From a virus, in IMG/VR virus record IMGVR_UViG_3300028840_005153, positions 12,049-76,048 of that record: a DNA stretch of 64,000 nt, one strand, 5' to 3'. The stretch's first letter is position 1. Each line of letters opens with the position of its first letter. The notes under the pieces are model-generated. The model saw only the letters and a program-made list of their open reading frames with translations, did no database searches and was not told the origin of the DNA. The position numbers and the translations under genes were made by a program. Below are positions 29,126 to 39,154 of the stretch, piece after piece.

Positions 29126-30013
29126 TTGAAGGCTTTCAAAATGAGTATTCGTAGAGAAAAGAAAATAGCTAAGGAGAGAGTGAAAAAGGGTATAGGAGAA
29201 AAGAAAACCCCTGCCCATGCACCACTCGGCTCGGGAAGGATCAAAAGAAGAAATAAAGCAGAACGAAAGAAGGGAATCAAATTCCTAAAGGAAAGAAGAA
29301 AGCAAAAGAGATTTGAGCGCAATATGGAAGCATATGAAATGCGTTTGAAAGGATATAAGTATAAAGATATCGCTGAACGCTTTGGGAAGACTTTGCCGCA
29401 GGAGGCTTATCAATGGGTTCAGCAAGCGATGGTAACTATACAGCAGGATACAAAGGAAGACGAAGAAAAAGTAAAGCAATTGGAAATTGATCGTATGGAT
29501 TGTCTTCTACATGGAATGTGGGATAGCGCAATACATGGACATGTCGGGTATGATAAAAAAGGCAACCGAGTAAAATTTCCTCCAAACCCAAAAGCAGCTG
29601 ATGCAGTATTAAAGATAATGAAACGCCGAAGCGATCTTCTCGGTCTTGATAAACCGAAAACTACTTTCCTTGGAAACGATGAAAATCACCCACTGATAGA
29701 AAACACTGAAGCGAAATTAATTTCTACTTTAACTAATCTTGCGAAGACTTGTCAAAAGGGAAAAGATGAACAGTTGCCTGAAAGTGAAATTACGGCAATG
29801 GAAGAAATGGTTCCAATTAAATCTACCAACATTAAAAAGGCAAGCTATAACGAAGAAACGGAAGTACTCACGGTCCAATTTAAAACAGGGAAGAGATATG
29901 AATATCTCGATGTTCCACCTAACTTATGGGACAAGTTTATGGCAGCTAAATCCCAAGGAAGTTTCTTCCATAAAGAGATAAGAAGAAAATTTGAATATAT
30001 CAAAGTAGATTAA
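29126..30013 (+). CDS. Putative terminase small subunit with C-terminal KTSC domain
   Basis: HTH (R..GY.Y.DIAERFG), LE..R.D.L...W..A..G, LKIM.RR..LLGLD.P; C-terminal KTSC pattern (MVPI.S.NI...Y......L.V.F..G..YEY..VP.......A.SQG.FF...IR). Confidence 0.65.
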   Translation: MKAFKMSIRREKKIAKERVKKGIGEKKTPAHAPLGSGRIKRRNKAERKKGIKFLKERRKQKRFERNMEAYEMRLKGYKYKDIAERFGKTLPQEAYQWVQQAMVTIQQDTKEDEEKVKQLEIDRMDCLLHGMWDSAIHGHVGYDKKGNRVKFPPNPKAADAVLKIMKRRSDLLGLDKPKTTFLGNDENHPLIENTEAKLISTLTNLAKTCQKGKDEQLPESEITAMEEMVPIKSTNIKKASYNEETEVLTVQFKTGKRYEYLDVPPNLWDKFMAAKSQGSFFHKEIRRKFEYIKVD

Positions 30014-30043
30014 GTTTCATCTATTATATAAGGGCCAAACTAA

Positions 30044-30199
30044 ATGAAGAAAAGTATTTTGAAGAATCAAAATGGTTGTTTCAATTTTGATTTCGCAATT
30101 ATCTTTTGGCTTGGAGCAGCGCTTGGAGCGGCAGTTTCAATTTTCATTTGGGAAATTCTTTGTTGGCTTTTTGAAAGTATGGCAATCATTTTGAAGTAA
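30044..30199 (+). CDS. Small membrane protein (51 aa, not in ORF track)
   Basis: MKKSILKNQNGCFNFDFAIIFWLGAALGAAVSIFIWEILCWLF... Confidence 0.45.
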   Translation: MKKSILKNQNGCFNFDFAIIFWLGAALGAAVSIFIWEILCWLFESMAIILK

Positions 30200-30218
30200 A
30201 TAAAAAAGAGGAGGGGAA

Positions 30219-30425
30219 ATGGAAGAGAAAAAGTATCATATCCTTTATGAAGAATTTAACACGATCGATTCACCACCCTTGAGATTAGTTGTTCGAGCGG
30301 AAAATAAAAATGAAGCAGAAATGAAAGCAAACAATTACGGCGTTCCAAGTAAACTTATTCAAGAGATAATTCAGGTCTGGCCGGAACCTGAAAAGAAAAC
30401 CCAAAAAGAAGAAGATGAGGTTTGA
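30219..30425 (+). CDS. Hypothetical protein
   Basis: RBS GAGGAGG. Confidence 0.5.
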   Translation: MEEKKYHILYEEFNTIDSPPLRLVVRAENKNEAEMKANNYGVPSKLIQEIIQVWPEPEKKTQKEEDEV

Positions 30426-30916
30426 CAAATGCGCAGTAATTTTTACAGCGTAGGAAGTGGAGCTCAATTTGATAAAACCTCTCAAAGTAAAGTATATGAA
30501 AGAAAAAAGATTGAAGATCATCTGGAGGAAAAATTCGGGCTGACAGAAAAAGAGAAAACCGAAATTCAAATAGGTAAACGGCTCGAAAAAATATATCAAG
30601 AAGAAAAGATTTTGATTTATTCAGATAACCCAAACGAGGCGCAATTGGGTCGAACAGTTTGTCTTCGCCGTATGCTTAAAGAAATGAGGGAGGGGAATAA
30701 TGGGCAACGAAGAAAAGATAAATTTTCCTTTGGAGGGGAAAGCAATAATCGAAACGCAGAAAATCTTCGAGAAATTATTTCTTTCGAAATTGCTAAAGGA
30801 AGGCTTGATAAAAAACAAAAAAGGGGAAATACGGCAAAGTATAAAAACACCTTATAGAGATAATCTCGGAGATGAATTGGCTCCTTTCCCTCCCGTAGTT
30901 TTAGAAAGGAAAGAAA

Positions 30917-31267
30917 ATGCCAATTCCAAATAAAACACCGAAGAAGATAAGACATTTCAGCAAGGAGAAATTTAACAAAACTCAAATGGAAGTATTCAGC
31001 ATTGCTTTTATGCTGCAAGGATTAGAAATAGAAACATTCAATGACTGTTTAAATTTCCTAATTGAAAATGGAGAGAAATACACTCAGGGCAAGTTTGAAA
31101 AAAGAAAAGAATATTTGGAAATCCTAAAACAATTGGGAGAGAATTTCGCACAACTAAAAAACGCATCAAAGCAATTTTATTCCGAAGCTGCTAAACTATA
31201 CGCCAATGAAGATGAACGTAAGCAAGCATTTTTAAACCTACAGGAAGACCTCAGTGCTTTAAAATAA
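30917..31267 (+). CDS. Hypothetical protein
   Basis: ORF with RBS. Confidence 0.5.
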   Translation: MPIPNKTPKKIRHFSKEKFNKTQMEVFSIAFMLQGLEIETFNDCLNFLIENGEKYTQGKFEKRKEYLEILKQLGENFAQLKNASKQFYSEAAKLYANEDERKQAFLNLQEDLSALK

Positions 31268-31291
31268 AGAGTAAAAGAGGGAGAGCAGTAA

Positions 31292-31750
31292 ATGGCAGCA
31301 AAAAATAAAACATACAAAGGAACGCTTGTTACGCTCTCAGCAATGGTAGATAAAACAAAACTTTCATACAATGCAATATGTTCCATTTTGAAAACAGTAA
31401 ATGGAAAACCAATTTATGATCAAAGCCTTGAAAGAGTAATTGGCTTCATAAAAAATGCTACTTTAAAAATCAAAGAAAAAAGAATCGATGCGGAGTTTAT
31501 TTTAAACGAAGAAGGAATGGAAGAAATAGAAAACAGCCTTCACTATAATTATGTTTCCGCCGGTTATTTGGTAAAAAAATCAGAGTATAATGTAAAAAGT
31601 AATTTAAGAATCATTCATGATTGCGAATTGGTTTTCTCTTCATTTCTTTCGTATCCAATAACTTTTGACCAATTAGAAGTTTTACCAAAAGAAAAATTCA
31701 ATTTAAAATACGAAGAAAAAGTAAATGACAAAAATTATAATCTTTCGTAA
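31292..31750 (+). CDS. Hypothetical protein resembling DUF2213/prohead protease fold
   Basis: GKPI....VIG.I.N....I.A...NEEG.E.I.....VSAGY pattern. Confidence 0.35.
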   Translation: MAAKNKTYKGTLVTLSAMVDKTKLSYNAICSILKTVNGKPIYDQSLERVIGFIKNATLKIKEKRIDAEFILNEEGMEEIENSLHYNYVSAGYLVKKSEYNVKSNLRIIHDCELVFSSFLSYPITFDQLEVLPKEKFNLKYEEKVNDKNYNLS

Positions 31751-32000
31751 TAAACAAAGGCAAAGGCAAGCTGAAGCTATAACAGAACACAAACAGAAAA
31801 ACGAAATGATTATTTCTACAATAGAAAAGCGTTTGACTGGTATGGTTTCAGCTTTAACATTTGAAAGCGAAGATGAACTCAAAAGGTATAAGGAGGCCAA
31901 AAGAGAAAAACCTAATGAAGTGCATATAGTAAAGAAGAATATTGAGAGGGGGAAAATAATCAAATATGGATACCGGGAGGATAAGAAAATATTTAAGTGA
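31725..32000 (+). CDS. Hypothetical protein
   Basis: Coupled ORF. Confidence 0.45.
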   Translation: MTKIIIFRNKQRQRQAEAITEHKQKNEMIISTIEKRLTGMVSALTFESEDELKRYKEAKREKPNEVHIVKKNIERGKIIKYGYREDKKIFK

Positions 32001-32334
32001 CAGCGGATACTCTTCCTATCAAATAAATAAATATCTCTTCACTCAGGAAAGTGAAAATGCTCTTCGTACGGTAGCAAAAGCGGCATACAGGGATGGCGCA
32101 AAACACATGATAGCTTTTATGTTGCGTAAAATTTTTGGTTTCAGTGAGAAGATAATGCATCCAAAAGAAAAACCAACAAACAATCCAGAAGAACAACCTG
32201 AAAGAAAAGATTTTAAACAACCATGCGATAAACCTGAAGAACAACCAAAGGGAGAAATTCCTTGCACCTGTGAAGAACATGATATCGTTCATTGGTACAC
32301 CTCAAAGATAATGCAGGAAGCAAAAATTAAATGA
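31966..32334 (+). CDS. Hypothetical protein
   Basis: Coupled ORF upstream of TerL. Confidence 0.45.
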   Translation: MDTGRIRKYLSDSGYSSYQINKYLFTQESENALRTVAKAAYRDGAKHMIAFMLRKIFGFSEKIMHPKEKPTNNPEEQPERKDFKQPCDKPEEQPKGEIPCTCEEHDIVHWYTSKIMQEAKIK

Positions 32335-33713
32335 CAGCTATACCCAAAAATACGGCTCCAGATTATCAGAAGTATTACAAGGGAAATCCGTTCACCAAAA
32401 AGAGTGTGATGCAAATTCTTGTAGAAGAATATGGAGTCGAACAAATTTTAAAAATGTTAACCGAAGAGGAAAGACAACTCCTCTTTTATTGTTGGCGAGT
32501 ATGGGGTCGCCCGGAGCAATTGTCTCCAACTTGGGAATGGATTGTCTGGATTTACCTTGCCGGACGTGGTAGTGGCAAAACAAGAAGTGGAGCTGAATGG
32601 GTCAGAGAACAAGTAAAACGCGGTCATAAAAGAATTGCTTTCGTTGCTGCTACTGCCGCTGATTACCGTGATACTATGGTGGAAGGTGATAGTGGAATAC
32701 TTGCTATTTCTCCACCGTGGGACATGCCTGATTGGGAGCCTTCAAAGAGGAAAGTCACTTTTAAAAATGGTGCCAAATGTTATTGCTTTTCGGCAGAAAA
32801 ACCTGATCGTCTTCGAGGTCCTCAGTTTGAAAAAGCATGGTGTGATGAATTGGCCGCATGGGGTCGTTTGCAGGAGACATGGGATAACCTCATGTTTGGC
32901 CTGCGTTTAGGAAGTAATCCACAAGCTATGGTGACAACGACCCCTCGGCCTCTTTCATTAATCAAAGAACTCGTAAATGATAGTCGCAATGCAGTTTCAC
33001 GCGGTAGCACTTACGATAACATCGCAAACTTGGCAGAGAATTTCTTTCGCTATATTATAAAGAAGTATCAAGGAACACGCCTTGGAAGACAAGAAATTGA
33101 AGCGGTTATTTTAGAAGATAATCCAAATGCACTTTTCAAAAGAGAACTCATAGATCAGCATAGAATTACTTCAGATCAATTACCTGATCTCGAAGATGTT
33201 GTCATTCCTTTGGACCCTGCTGTAACGGACGGAGATAAAAGTGATGATACTGGAATCATACCTTGTGGAATGGCAACAATAGATGATATGGAACATTACT
33301 ACATTTTAGGAGACTATACTATCCACGGTAAACCTCATGAATGGGGTGAAATGGCTTTGAAGTGTTATAGTCTTTTTCATGCGAATAAAATTGTGGGCGA
33401 AGTAAATAATGGCGGAGACATGATAGAGCATGTTATCCGCACTATTAAAAAGAATAAGAAAAAAGGTATTCATGTTTCCGGTTATAACGTACCATATGAA
33501 AGTGTTCGGGCAACGAGGGGCAAATGGTTACGAGCCGAACCAATTTCTGCTTTAAGCGAACAAGGAAGATTACATATTGTGGGAAGTCTTCCTAAGCTCG
33601 AAGATGAAATGTGTGAATGGCAGCCAGGAGAGAAAAGTCCTGATCGCTTGGATAGTATGGTTTGGGGAATTACTGCTTTGAGCGAAGGCGGAGATAAAAT
33701 TTTCGTAGCATAA
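32331..33713 (+). CDS. Terminase large subunit
   Basis: LAGRGSGKT Walker A, LRGPQF..AWCDE Walker B, TTTP, RQE, LDPA nuclease motif, SPDRLD. Confidence 0.95.
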   Translation: MTAIPKNTAPDYQKYYKGNPFTKKSVMQILVEEYGVEQILKMLTEEERQLLFYCWRVWGRPEQLSPTWEWIVWIYLAGRGSGKTRSGAEWVREQVKRGHKRIAFVAATAADYRDTMVEGDSGILAISPPWDMPDWEPSKRKVTFKNGAKCYCFSAEKPDRLRGPQFEKAWCDELAAWGRLQETWDNLMFGLRLGSNPQAMVTTTPRPLSLIKELVNDSRNAVSRGSTYDNIANLAENFFRYIIKKYQGTRLGRQEIEAVILEDNPNALFKRELIDQHRITSDQLPDLEDVVIPLDPAVTDGDKSDDTGIIPCGMATIDDMEHYYILGDYTIHGKPHEWGEMALKCYSLFHANKIVGEVNNGGDMIEHVIRTIKKNKKKGIHVSGYNVPYESVRATRGKWLRAEPISALSEQGRLHIVGSLPKLEDEMCEWQPGEKSPDRLDSMVWGITALSEGGDKIFVA

Positions 33714-33938
33714 AAAAAATAGCGCCGGATAGGTAATAGCGACATTGGGTTTGACTTCTTTCTGCGGCTGTCAAATCCTGGCTTGCGGTGTCGCAACCTC
33801 CTCTAAAAAATCCTGATTCGAAGCATTCCGCCCAAATGTCTTTGACAGGTGATCCGCCTATTCCGGAGGGTGGGATGGCGCGCAGTTCGTAACTGCCGCT
33901 GGGAACTAATTTTAAACGGGTCATTTAGGAAAGAAAAA

Positions 33939-34265
33939 ATGTGGAAGAAAATAGTTACAGGAATAGGAACAATAATTCTCATGGGAAGTATTGTTTCTGG
34001 ATGGGTTTGGGTTGATAGTTATTTTGCCAAAGCAAATATCGTAGAAATCATAGAAGCAAACGCTATCGATATTCGTATCAATACTTTGAAAGACGGCATC
34101 CGGTGGTATCAAGATCAAATGGCATATATAATGTCTCGATGCGGAAAAAGAAATCCAGAAGAATTACCGGAACATGCTTATAAAACCTACAAGGATTACG
34201 AAGAAAAGAAAAAAGAAATGGAGAGGGAATTAGAAGTTTTAATGCGAAAGAGGAATGGTATTTAA
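33939..34265 (+). CDS. Membrane-anchored hypothetical protein
   Basis: N-terminal hydrophobic helix plus coiled coil. Confidence 0.5.
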   Translation: MWKKIVTGIGTIILMGSIVSGWVWVDSYFAKANIVEIIEANAIDIRINTLKDGIRWYQDQMAYIMSRCGKRNPEELPEHAYKTYKDYEEKKKEMERELEVLMRKRNGI

Positions 34266-34280
34266 AAAGGAAGGGGAAAG

Positions 34281-34595
34281 ATGAAAATTGAAATTGAGAT
34301 ACCAGATTGGGCAGCTGAAAGGCAATTAACACTTTTGGCAGGAGTAGAATTGGTAGCGCGAAAAAGTCCAAGGGAAGATTACTGGGAAATCAAAGATCAA
34401 AGATGTAATTTTTGCGGCATGTGCTGTCATGATTTTCCAACCTCACCATACGGAAATGATGACGAAGGAAGATGTAAAAAAGTTTTCAATGATAATGGCA
34501 AATGGAAATGTATGGCTGGAACAAAAAGACCTTATAACTGCTTAATGGACCCATCAGAAGAAGACTTTTGTTGTATCACTTATATCAAAGGGTAA
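34281..34595 (+). CDS. CxxCxxCC (YkgJ-like) Cys-cluster protein
   Basis: CNFCGMCC, C, C....RP..C. Confidence 0.6.
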   Translation: MKIEIEIPDWAAERQLTLLAGVELVARKSPREDYWEIKDQRCNFCGMCCHDFPTSPYGNDDEGRCKKVFNDNGKWKCMAGTKRPYNCLMDPSEEDFCCITYIKG

Positions 34596-34606
34596 AGTGA
34601 AAAAGT

Positions 34607-37600
34607 ATGGGCACATATAACATAGAGTATTTTGAAAATTCCCGGATATTAGATGCCAATGAAGGCGATCTTGGAGCTGGAAATGATAATGAAACTATTG
34701 GTTATGTGGATCCCGGAACGCAGTTAATCCTTGCCGTAGCTGTAAGGGAGGGAGCTTGCCGCAAGGCAACAGGAAGCCAACAACTTCGATTGTATTTTGA
34801 TTGTGATCATACTGGTGATTGGGTAGCAGTCGCTACAGGTCAACATATTATTCCGGGAAGTAATACTTCGCTTGTAGATGGCGCTTCAGTTTCTCAGCAT
34901 GTAAATACAGGTCCCACAGGGGATTGTACTTCCGGCTTTGAAGCTACAGGAAAAGAAGTTGAAGGCGTAAATACTTCGGATGCTTTCGCAATATCTGCGG
35001 ATTATTATACAGAAGTTCATTTCGCAATCGACACTACAAATTGCCCACTCAGTGATGATATTACTTTCTGCATTTATAATGTTGATTCCGGTGTAACACT
35101 CACCAATTCAGCTGAAACCAGTCTTACTCTCGGAGCAAGCATTTCAATTCGCAATGCCCTAAGTGGTGTTCACATAAATGCTCCAACTGGAAACATAGAG
35201 AAAATTCCCACTGACACTTTCAGCTTTACTATTCAAGCCGAAGAAGATGGTGGAACTGCTCCGGCTAATTATATGCTGATCTGGGAATGGGATCAAGGGA
35301 CTGGTAATTGGCAACAGATTCCAACAAGTGGTTCCGCTTTAACTGCAAACGATACTTGGGAACAGGTCACTGTTACAGGACTACCTGAGAAGACAAGAAC
35401 AATCACTTGTAATACTCTCGGCACTTATCAAATACGCGGAAGAGTTTCGTATGGTGGTTTAACAAATGGTTTCGTTTCATCTGCTTTAACTGTTTCCGTT
35501 GTGGAATCCACTGGAACCACATATCAGGGCGCTTGCGCGGATGGCGTAGATATGTCAGATGTTTCATCTTTACTTCTTACGCTTGGTGCTTTATCTTCTG
35601 ATGGTATTGATCTTTCTGATATTCCATCTTCCCTTATGAAACTTTATGGAACGGCAGAGGATGGGTTTGATCTTTCTGAATTAATATCCGGTTCCATCCT
35701 TCTTCTTGCTTCCTCTTCTGATGGGGTTGTGCTATCAGAAGAAAGATCAATATCCCTTATGTTAAATGTTGATGCCGCAGATGGGATAAGTTTTTCGGAA
35801 GCAATCGATGTTATAAAAACTCTTGGCGGCTTTGCGGAAGATGGCGTGGATGTTTCGGATGCAAATTCCGTGATTGCTGCTATCATTGCTTCTGCCGAAG
35901 ATGGGTTGAGTCTGTCTGAAGATTTGGCAAGGGCATTAATCACCGCCGCAATATCTGAAGATATTGTAGATATTTCAGATATACCATCAAGCATCGCTTC
36001 TCTCTTTGCTTCGGTAGAAGATGGAGCGGATCTCAGTGAAGATGTTTCTGGATTTTTAAATCTTTTATCTTCAGTTCAAGATGGGGTATCATTCAGTGAA
36101 TTAATAGGAAGAGTAGCGACGTATCGTGGTGTTTCTTCTGACGGGATAAGTACGGCTGATGGGGATTCCAATATTGCAAATTTTGTATCGAATGTATTGG
36201 ACGGTGCAAATATTGGTGAGATTGTATCTTCAATAGCGAAGTTTTTCGTTCAGTCAAACGATGGGGTAAATCTTTCGGATGATTCCAACATTACTCTCAG
36301 TCTTCAGGTCGATGCGGCTGATGGAATTACTTTGATTGAGAGCGTTGATCCAATTCAACATTTCGGGGGGATTGCAGAAGATACGATGCGATTTTCTGAA
36401 ACCCTTCAGGGCCTTGGTTCTTTCTTTGGATCTTCTTCCGAATCCATGAATATATCTGACTATCCCCAAGCGATAGCGGATCTGCTCGTTCAGACGCAAG
36501 ACGGTTTTACTTCTTCTGATGTTGCTTCTGCGGTTTTGAATTTGGCGGCATTGATAGAAGATGGAGTTGTGATATCTGAAACAATAACTGCTGCAATTAT
36601 CTTGGGGACAATATCAGCAGCTATTTCTGATGGGATTGATTTTTCTGATCAACCAATAGTGGATGCCTTTTATAGAAGATTAGTTCAAGATGGAACGAAG
36701 ATATCAGACATCGACAGCATCCTTAAAACATTAAATGGATTGGCAGAAGATGAATCGATTTTTTCAGAAATATCAAGCGCTATTCAAAATATTCTGGCAT
36801 CATTAGGGGAACAGATTGTTCTTTCAGAAATATCAAATGCTATTCAAAGTATTTTGGTGGCGTCGGAGGAACAGATTGTTCTTTCAGAAATATCAAGTAC
36901 TATTCAAAATATTTTGGGATCTTCAGAAGAAGAAATTGTCCTTTCAGAAATATCAAGCGCCATTCAAAATATTTTAGGATCTTCAGAAGATCATGCAATT
37001 CTTTCAGACATAACGAGTGCTATTCAAAATATTTTGGGATTGGCAGAAGATCACACAATCCTTTCAGACATATCAAACGCAATTATAAGCATCCTTGGTT
37101 TGTCGGAAGATGGAACAATAATATCTGATTCCGGATTAATTCATGTTATACGGCATGGAATTTCTTCTGATTCTGCTGATCTTTCCGATGTTTCCTTGGT
37201 CCTTGCGGCATTTTCTTCGCTGATATCAAACGGGATTTCTGTTGGAGATATTCCTTCAGCCTTGGCGAAAATCTATGCTTCTTTGGCGGATCAAGTAGCA
37301 CTTTCAGAGACAATAATATCTGATGTACTCGCTGGAGGAATAATATATGGGTGGTTAGTGGATTCTATCCGAATCTCAGATCAATCAACAAATTGGGCTT
37401 CCTTTATTGCGCAGTCAGAAGAAAATGCCGTTATTTCTGAAACGATAAATGGAATTGCTTCTCTGATATCGGAAACTATTGATGGGATTGAATTATCAGA
37501 AGCAAATTCTATTATCAAGATGATACTGGCGGAAGCTGAAGATGGTTCTTCGATCTCTGAAGTCATTCAAGGATTGGTGAAAAAGTTCGGTTCTTTGGAT

Positions 37601-38107
37601 GATGGACTTTTGCTTTCGGATATATCTTCCAGATTTGCTTCTCTGATTGTGCAAGCAAATGATTATGCTTTGGTTTCGGATATATCTTCTTCCATTGCTT
37701 CATTGATATCCAGCTTGGCTGATGGGGCTTCCTTTTCGGATATCACAGATGGGGTTCGAAGGTATCTTGTCGGGGTTCTGGATGGTGTAGAAATTTCTGA
37801 ATCTATTATTGGGAGCTTAATTCTTCCTGTCATTTATGGAGTGGTGGCAGATGCTCTCGATCTTGGAGATTCATCTATTCCGACAATTAACTTTCAAGTT
37901 CAGTGTTCTGATTCAGCGAGTGTTTCTGATACAACGGCATCAATTATTCAGAAGATTGGAACGGTTTCGGAGATATTCAAGTTAAGTGATATTGTAGTTC
38001 ATTATCTTCCAAATGGAATCGTGAAGGTATCTGTTAGTTCAAAAAGAGCAAACATAATCATCACGGTCAGTAGGCCGGATGTAAATATAACGGCCAGAAC
38101 GGAATAA
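34607..38107 (+). CDS. Large acidic repeat protein, putative virion fibre
   Basis: Beta-rich N-terminal ~300 aa followed by about 40 repeats of ~20 aa (..DG...S[DE]...). Confidence 0.6.
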   Translation: MGTYNIEYFENSRILDANEGDLGAGNDNETIGYVDPGTQLILAVAVREGACRKATGSQQLRLYFDCDHTGDWVAVATGQHIIPGSNTSLVDGASVSQHVNTGPTGDCTSGFEATGKEVEGVNTSDAFAISADYYTEVHFAIDTTNCPLSDDITFCIYNVDSGVTLTNSAETSLTLGASISIRNALSGVHINAPTGNIEKIPTDTFSFTIQAEEDGGTAPANYMLIWEWDQGTGNWQQIPTSGSALTANDTWEQVTVTGLPEKTRTITCNTLGTYQIRGRVSYGGLTNGFVSSALTVSVVESTGTTYQGACADGVDMSDVSSLLLTLGALSSDGIDLSDIPSSLMKLYGTAEDGFDLSELISGSILLLASSSDGVVLSEERSISLMLNVDAADGISFSEAIDVIKTLGGFAEDGVDVSDANSVIAAIIASAEDGLSLSEDLARALITAAISEDIVDISDIPSSIASLFASVEDGADLSEDVSGFLNLLSSVQDGVSFSELIGRVATYRGVSSDGISTADGDSNIANFVSNVLDGANIGEIVSSIAKFFVQSNDGVNLSDDSNITLSLQVDAADGITLIESVDPIQHFGGIAEDTMRFSETLQGLGSFFGSSSESMNISDYPQAIADLLVQTQDGFTSSDVASAVLNLAALIEDGVVISETITAAIILGTISAAISDGIDFSDQPIVDAFYRRLVQDGTKISDIDSILKTLNGLAEDESIFSEISSAIQNILASLGEQIVLSEISNAIQSILVASEEQIVLSEISSTIQNILGSSEEEIVLSEISSAIQNILGSSEDHAILSDITSAIQNILGLAEDHTILSDISNAIISILGLSEDGTIISDSGLIHVIRHGISSDSADLSDVSLVLAAFSSLISNGISVGDIPSALAKIYASLADQVALSETIISDVLAGGIIYGWLVDSIRISDQSTNWASFIAQSEENAVISETINGIASLISETIDGIELSEANSIIKMILAEAEDGSSISEVIQGLVKKFGSLDDGLLLSDISSRFASLIVQANDYALVSDISSSIASLISSLADGASFSDITDGVRRYLVGVLDGVEISESIIGSLILPVIYGVVADALDLGDSSIPTINFQVQCSDSASVSDTTASIIQKIGTVSEIFKLSDIVVHYLPNGIVKVSVSSKRANIIITVSRPDVNITARTE
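36761..37100 (+). repeat. Near-identical 60-bp tandem repeats (in-frame 20-aa units)
   Basis: CTTTCAGA(A/C)ATATCAA...ATTCAAAATATT recurring every 60 bp, about 6 copies. Confidence 0.85.
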
Positions 38108-38170
38108 CAAAAAGTTGATTCCGGCATGTGTATTAAACCAATGAAGTAAATAAGAAAAAGGAGAAGAAGA

Positions 38171-38674
38171 ATGAAACAAGGAATGAGAGTCGGCGGTGTT
38201 TTTACGGTTAAATGTTTTGGCCCGGATGGGAAATTGAAGTGGGAAGATATTGCGAAGAATTTGATCACTAACGAAGGCTTGGATCACATTCTTGATGTTC
38301 TTCTCACTGGATCCGGGGAAAGCCAAGTTGATCCGTGGTATGTCGGTTTGAAAAATACCGGCACTCCGGCGGCTGGAGATACATTGGCTGCCCATGCAAC
38401 GTGGACGGAAAATGCCAACTACACCGGTGACCGGAAAGAATATGTTGATGTTGCTTCTTCCGGTCAAAGTATTACCAACGCGGCCAGCAAAGCTTCATTT
38501 TCTATCGACACCAACTCCCAGACGATTGCTGGAGCTTTTCTTTGCTCCGCCCAGACCGGCACATCAGGTATTCTTCTTTGCGTGGCAGATTTCACCGGCG
38601 GTGATAAATCGGCGGATAGCGGAGATACTCTGGAAGTGACCTATGTTATCTCAGCTGCGGATGATGGATCCTAA
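38171..38674 (+). CDS. Putative virion structural protein (paralog of 52762..53337)
   Basis: NLITNEGLD.IL, WYVGL, WTE, N.ASKA.F, D.L.VTY.ISA.DD. Confidence 0.6.
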   Translation: MKQGMRVGGVFTVKCFGPDGKLKWEDIAKNLITNEGLDHILDVLLTGSGESQVDPWYVGLKNTGTPAAGDTLAAHATWTENANYTGDRKEYVDVASSGQSITNAASKASFSIDTNSQTIAGAFLCSAQTGTSGILLCVADFTGGDKSADSGDTLEVTYVISAADDGS

Positions 38675-38728
38675 TTAACTTCAGAAGAAAATTCTTTCGT
38701 TAATTGATAAAAATAAGGAGCAGGGGAA

Positions 38729-39058
38729 ATGGCAATAAAACTTGAAACGTCTGCACGAGAAGAGGGAACTTACGTCATCACTTGTTCTTTTACAGATGAA
38801 GAAGGACAGGATGTCGTTCCAAATAATAATCTTGTTTGGACTTTGAAAAATCGTGCAGGAGAAGTAATCAATGAAAGAGAAAATATATCCATTTCCCCTG
38901 CTACTTCTATCACAGTAGTATTGTATGGAAACGACCTTTTACTTCCAGATGAAAAAGATTTCTTTCGTATATTTTTAATAGAAGGAACTTATAATTCTTC
39001 ACTTGGAAATGACTTGCCAATTAGGGAAGCAGCAGAATTTCCAATATCCAATATTTAA
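38729..39058 (+). CDS. Putative virion accessory protein
   Basis: Beta-rich small ORF with RBS upstream of portal. Confidence 0.5.
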   Translation: MAIKLETSAREEGTYVITCSFTDEEGQDVVPNNNLVWTLKNRAGEVINERENISISPATSITVVLYGNDLLLPDEKDFFRIFLIEGTYNSSLGNDLPIREAAEFPISNI

Positions 39059-39154
39059 ATTGACTTCCATTGTTTCCACTTAAATTTTGGAATGGGAACA
39101 AATAACTTTTAAAGAAAATAAAAGAACGAGTGGGAACATTAAAGGAGAGAAACA

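Noticed and set aside
30429-30933. Overlapping ORFs 30429..30857 and 30700..30933 as a frameshift system
   Set aside because: No convincing slippery site or homology; cannot tell which frame is real.
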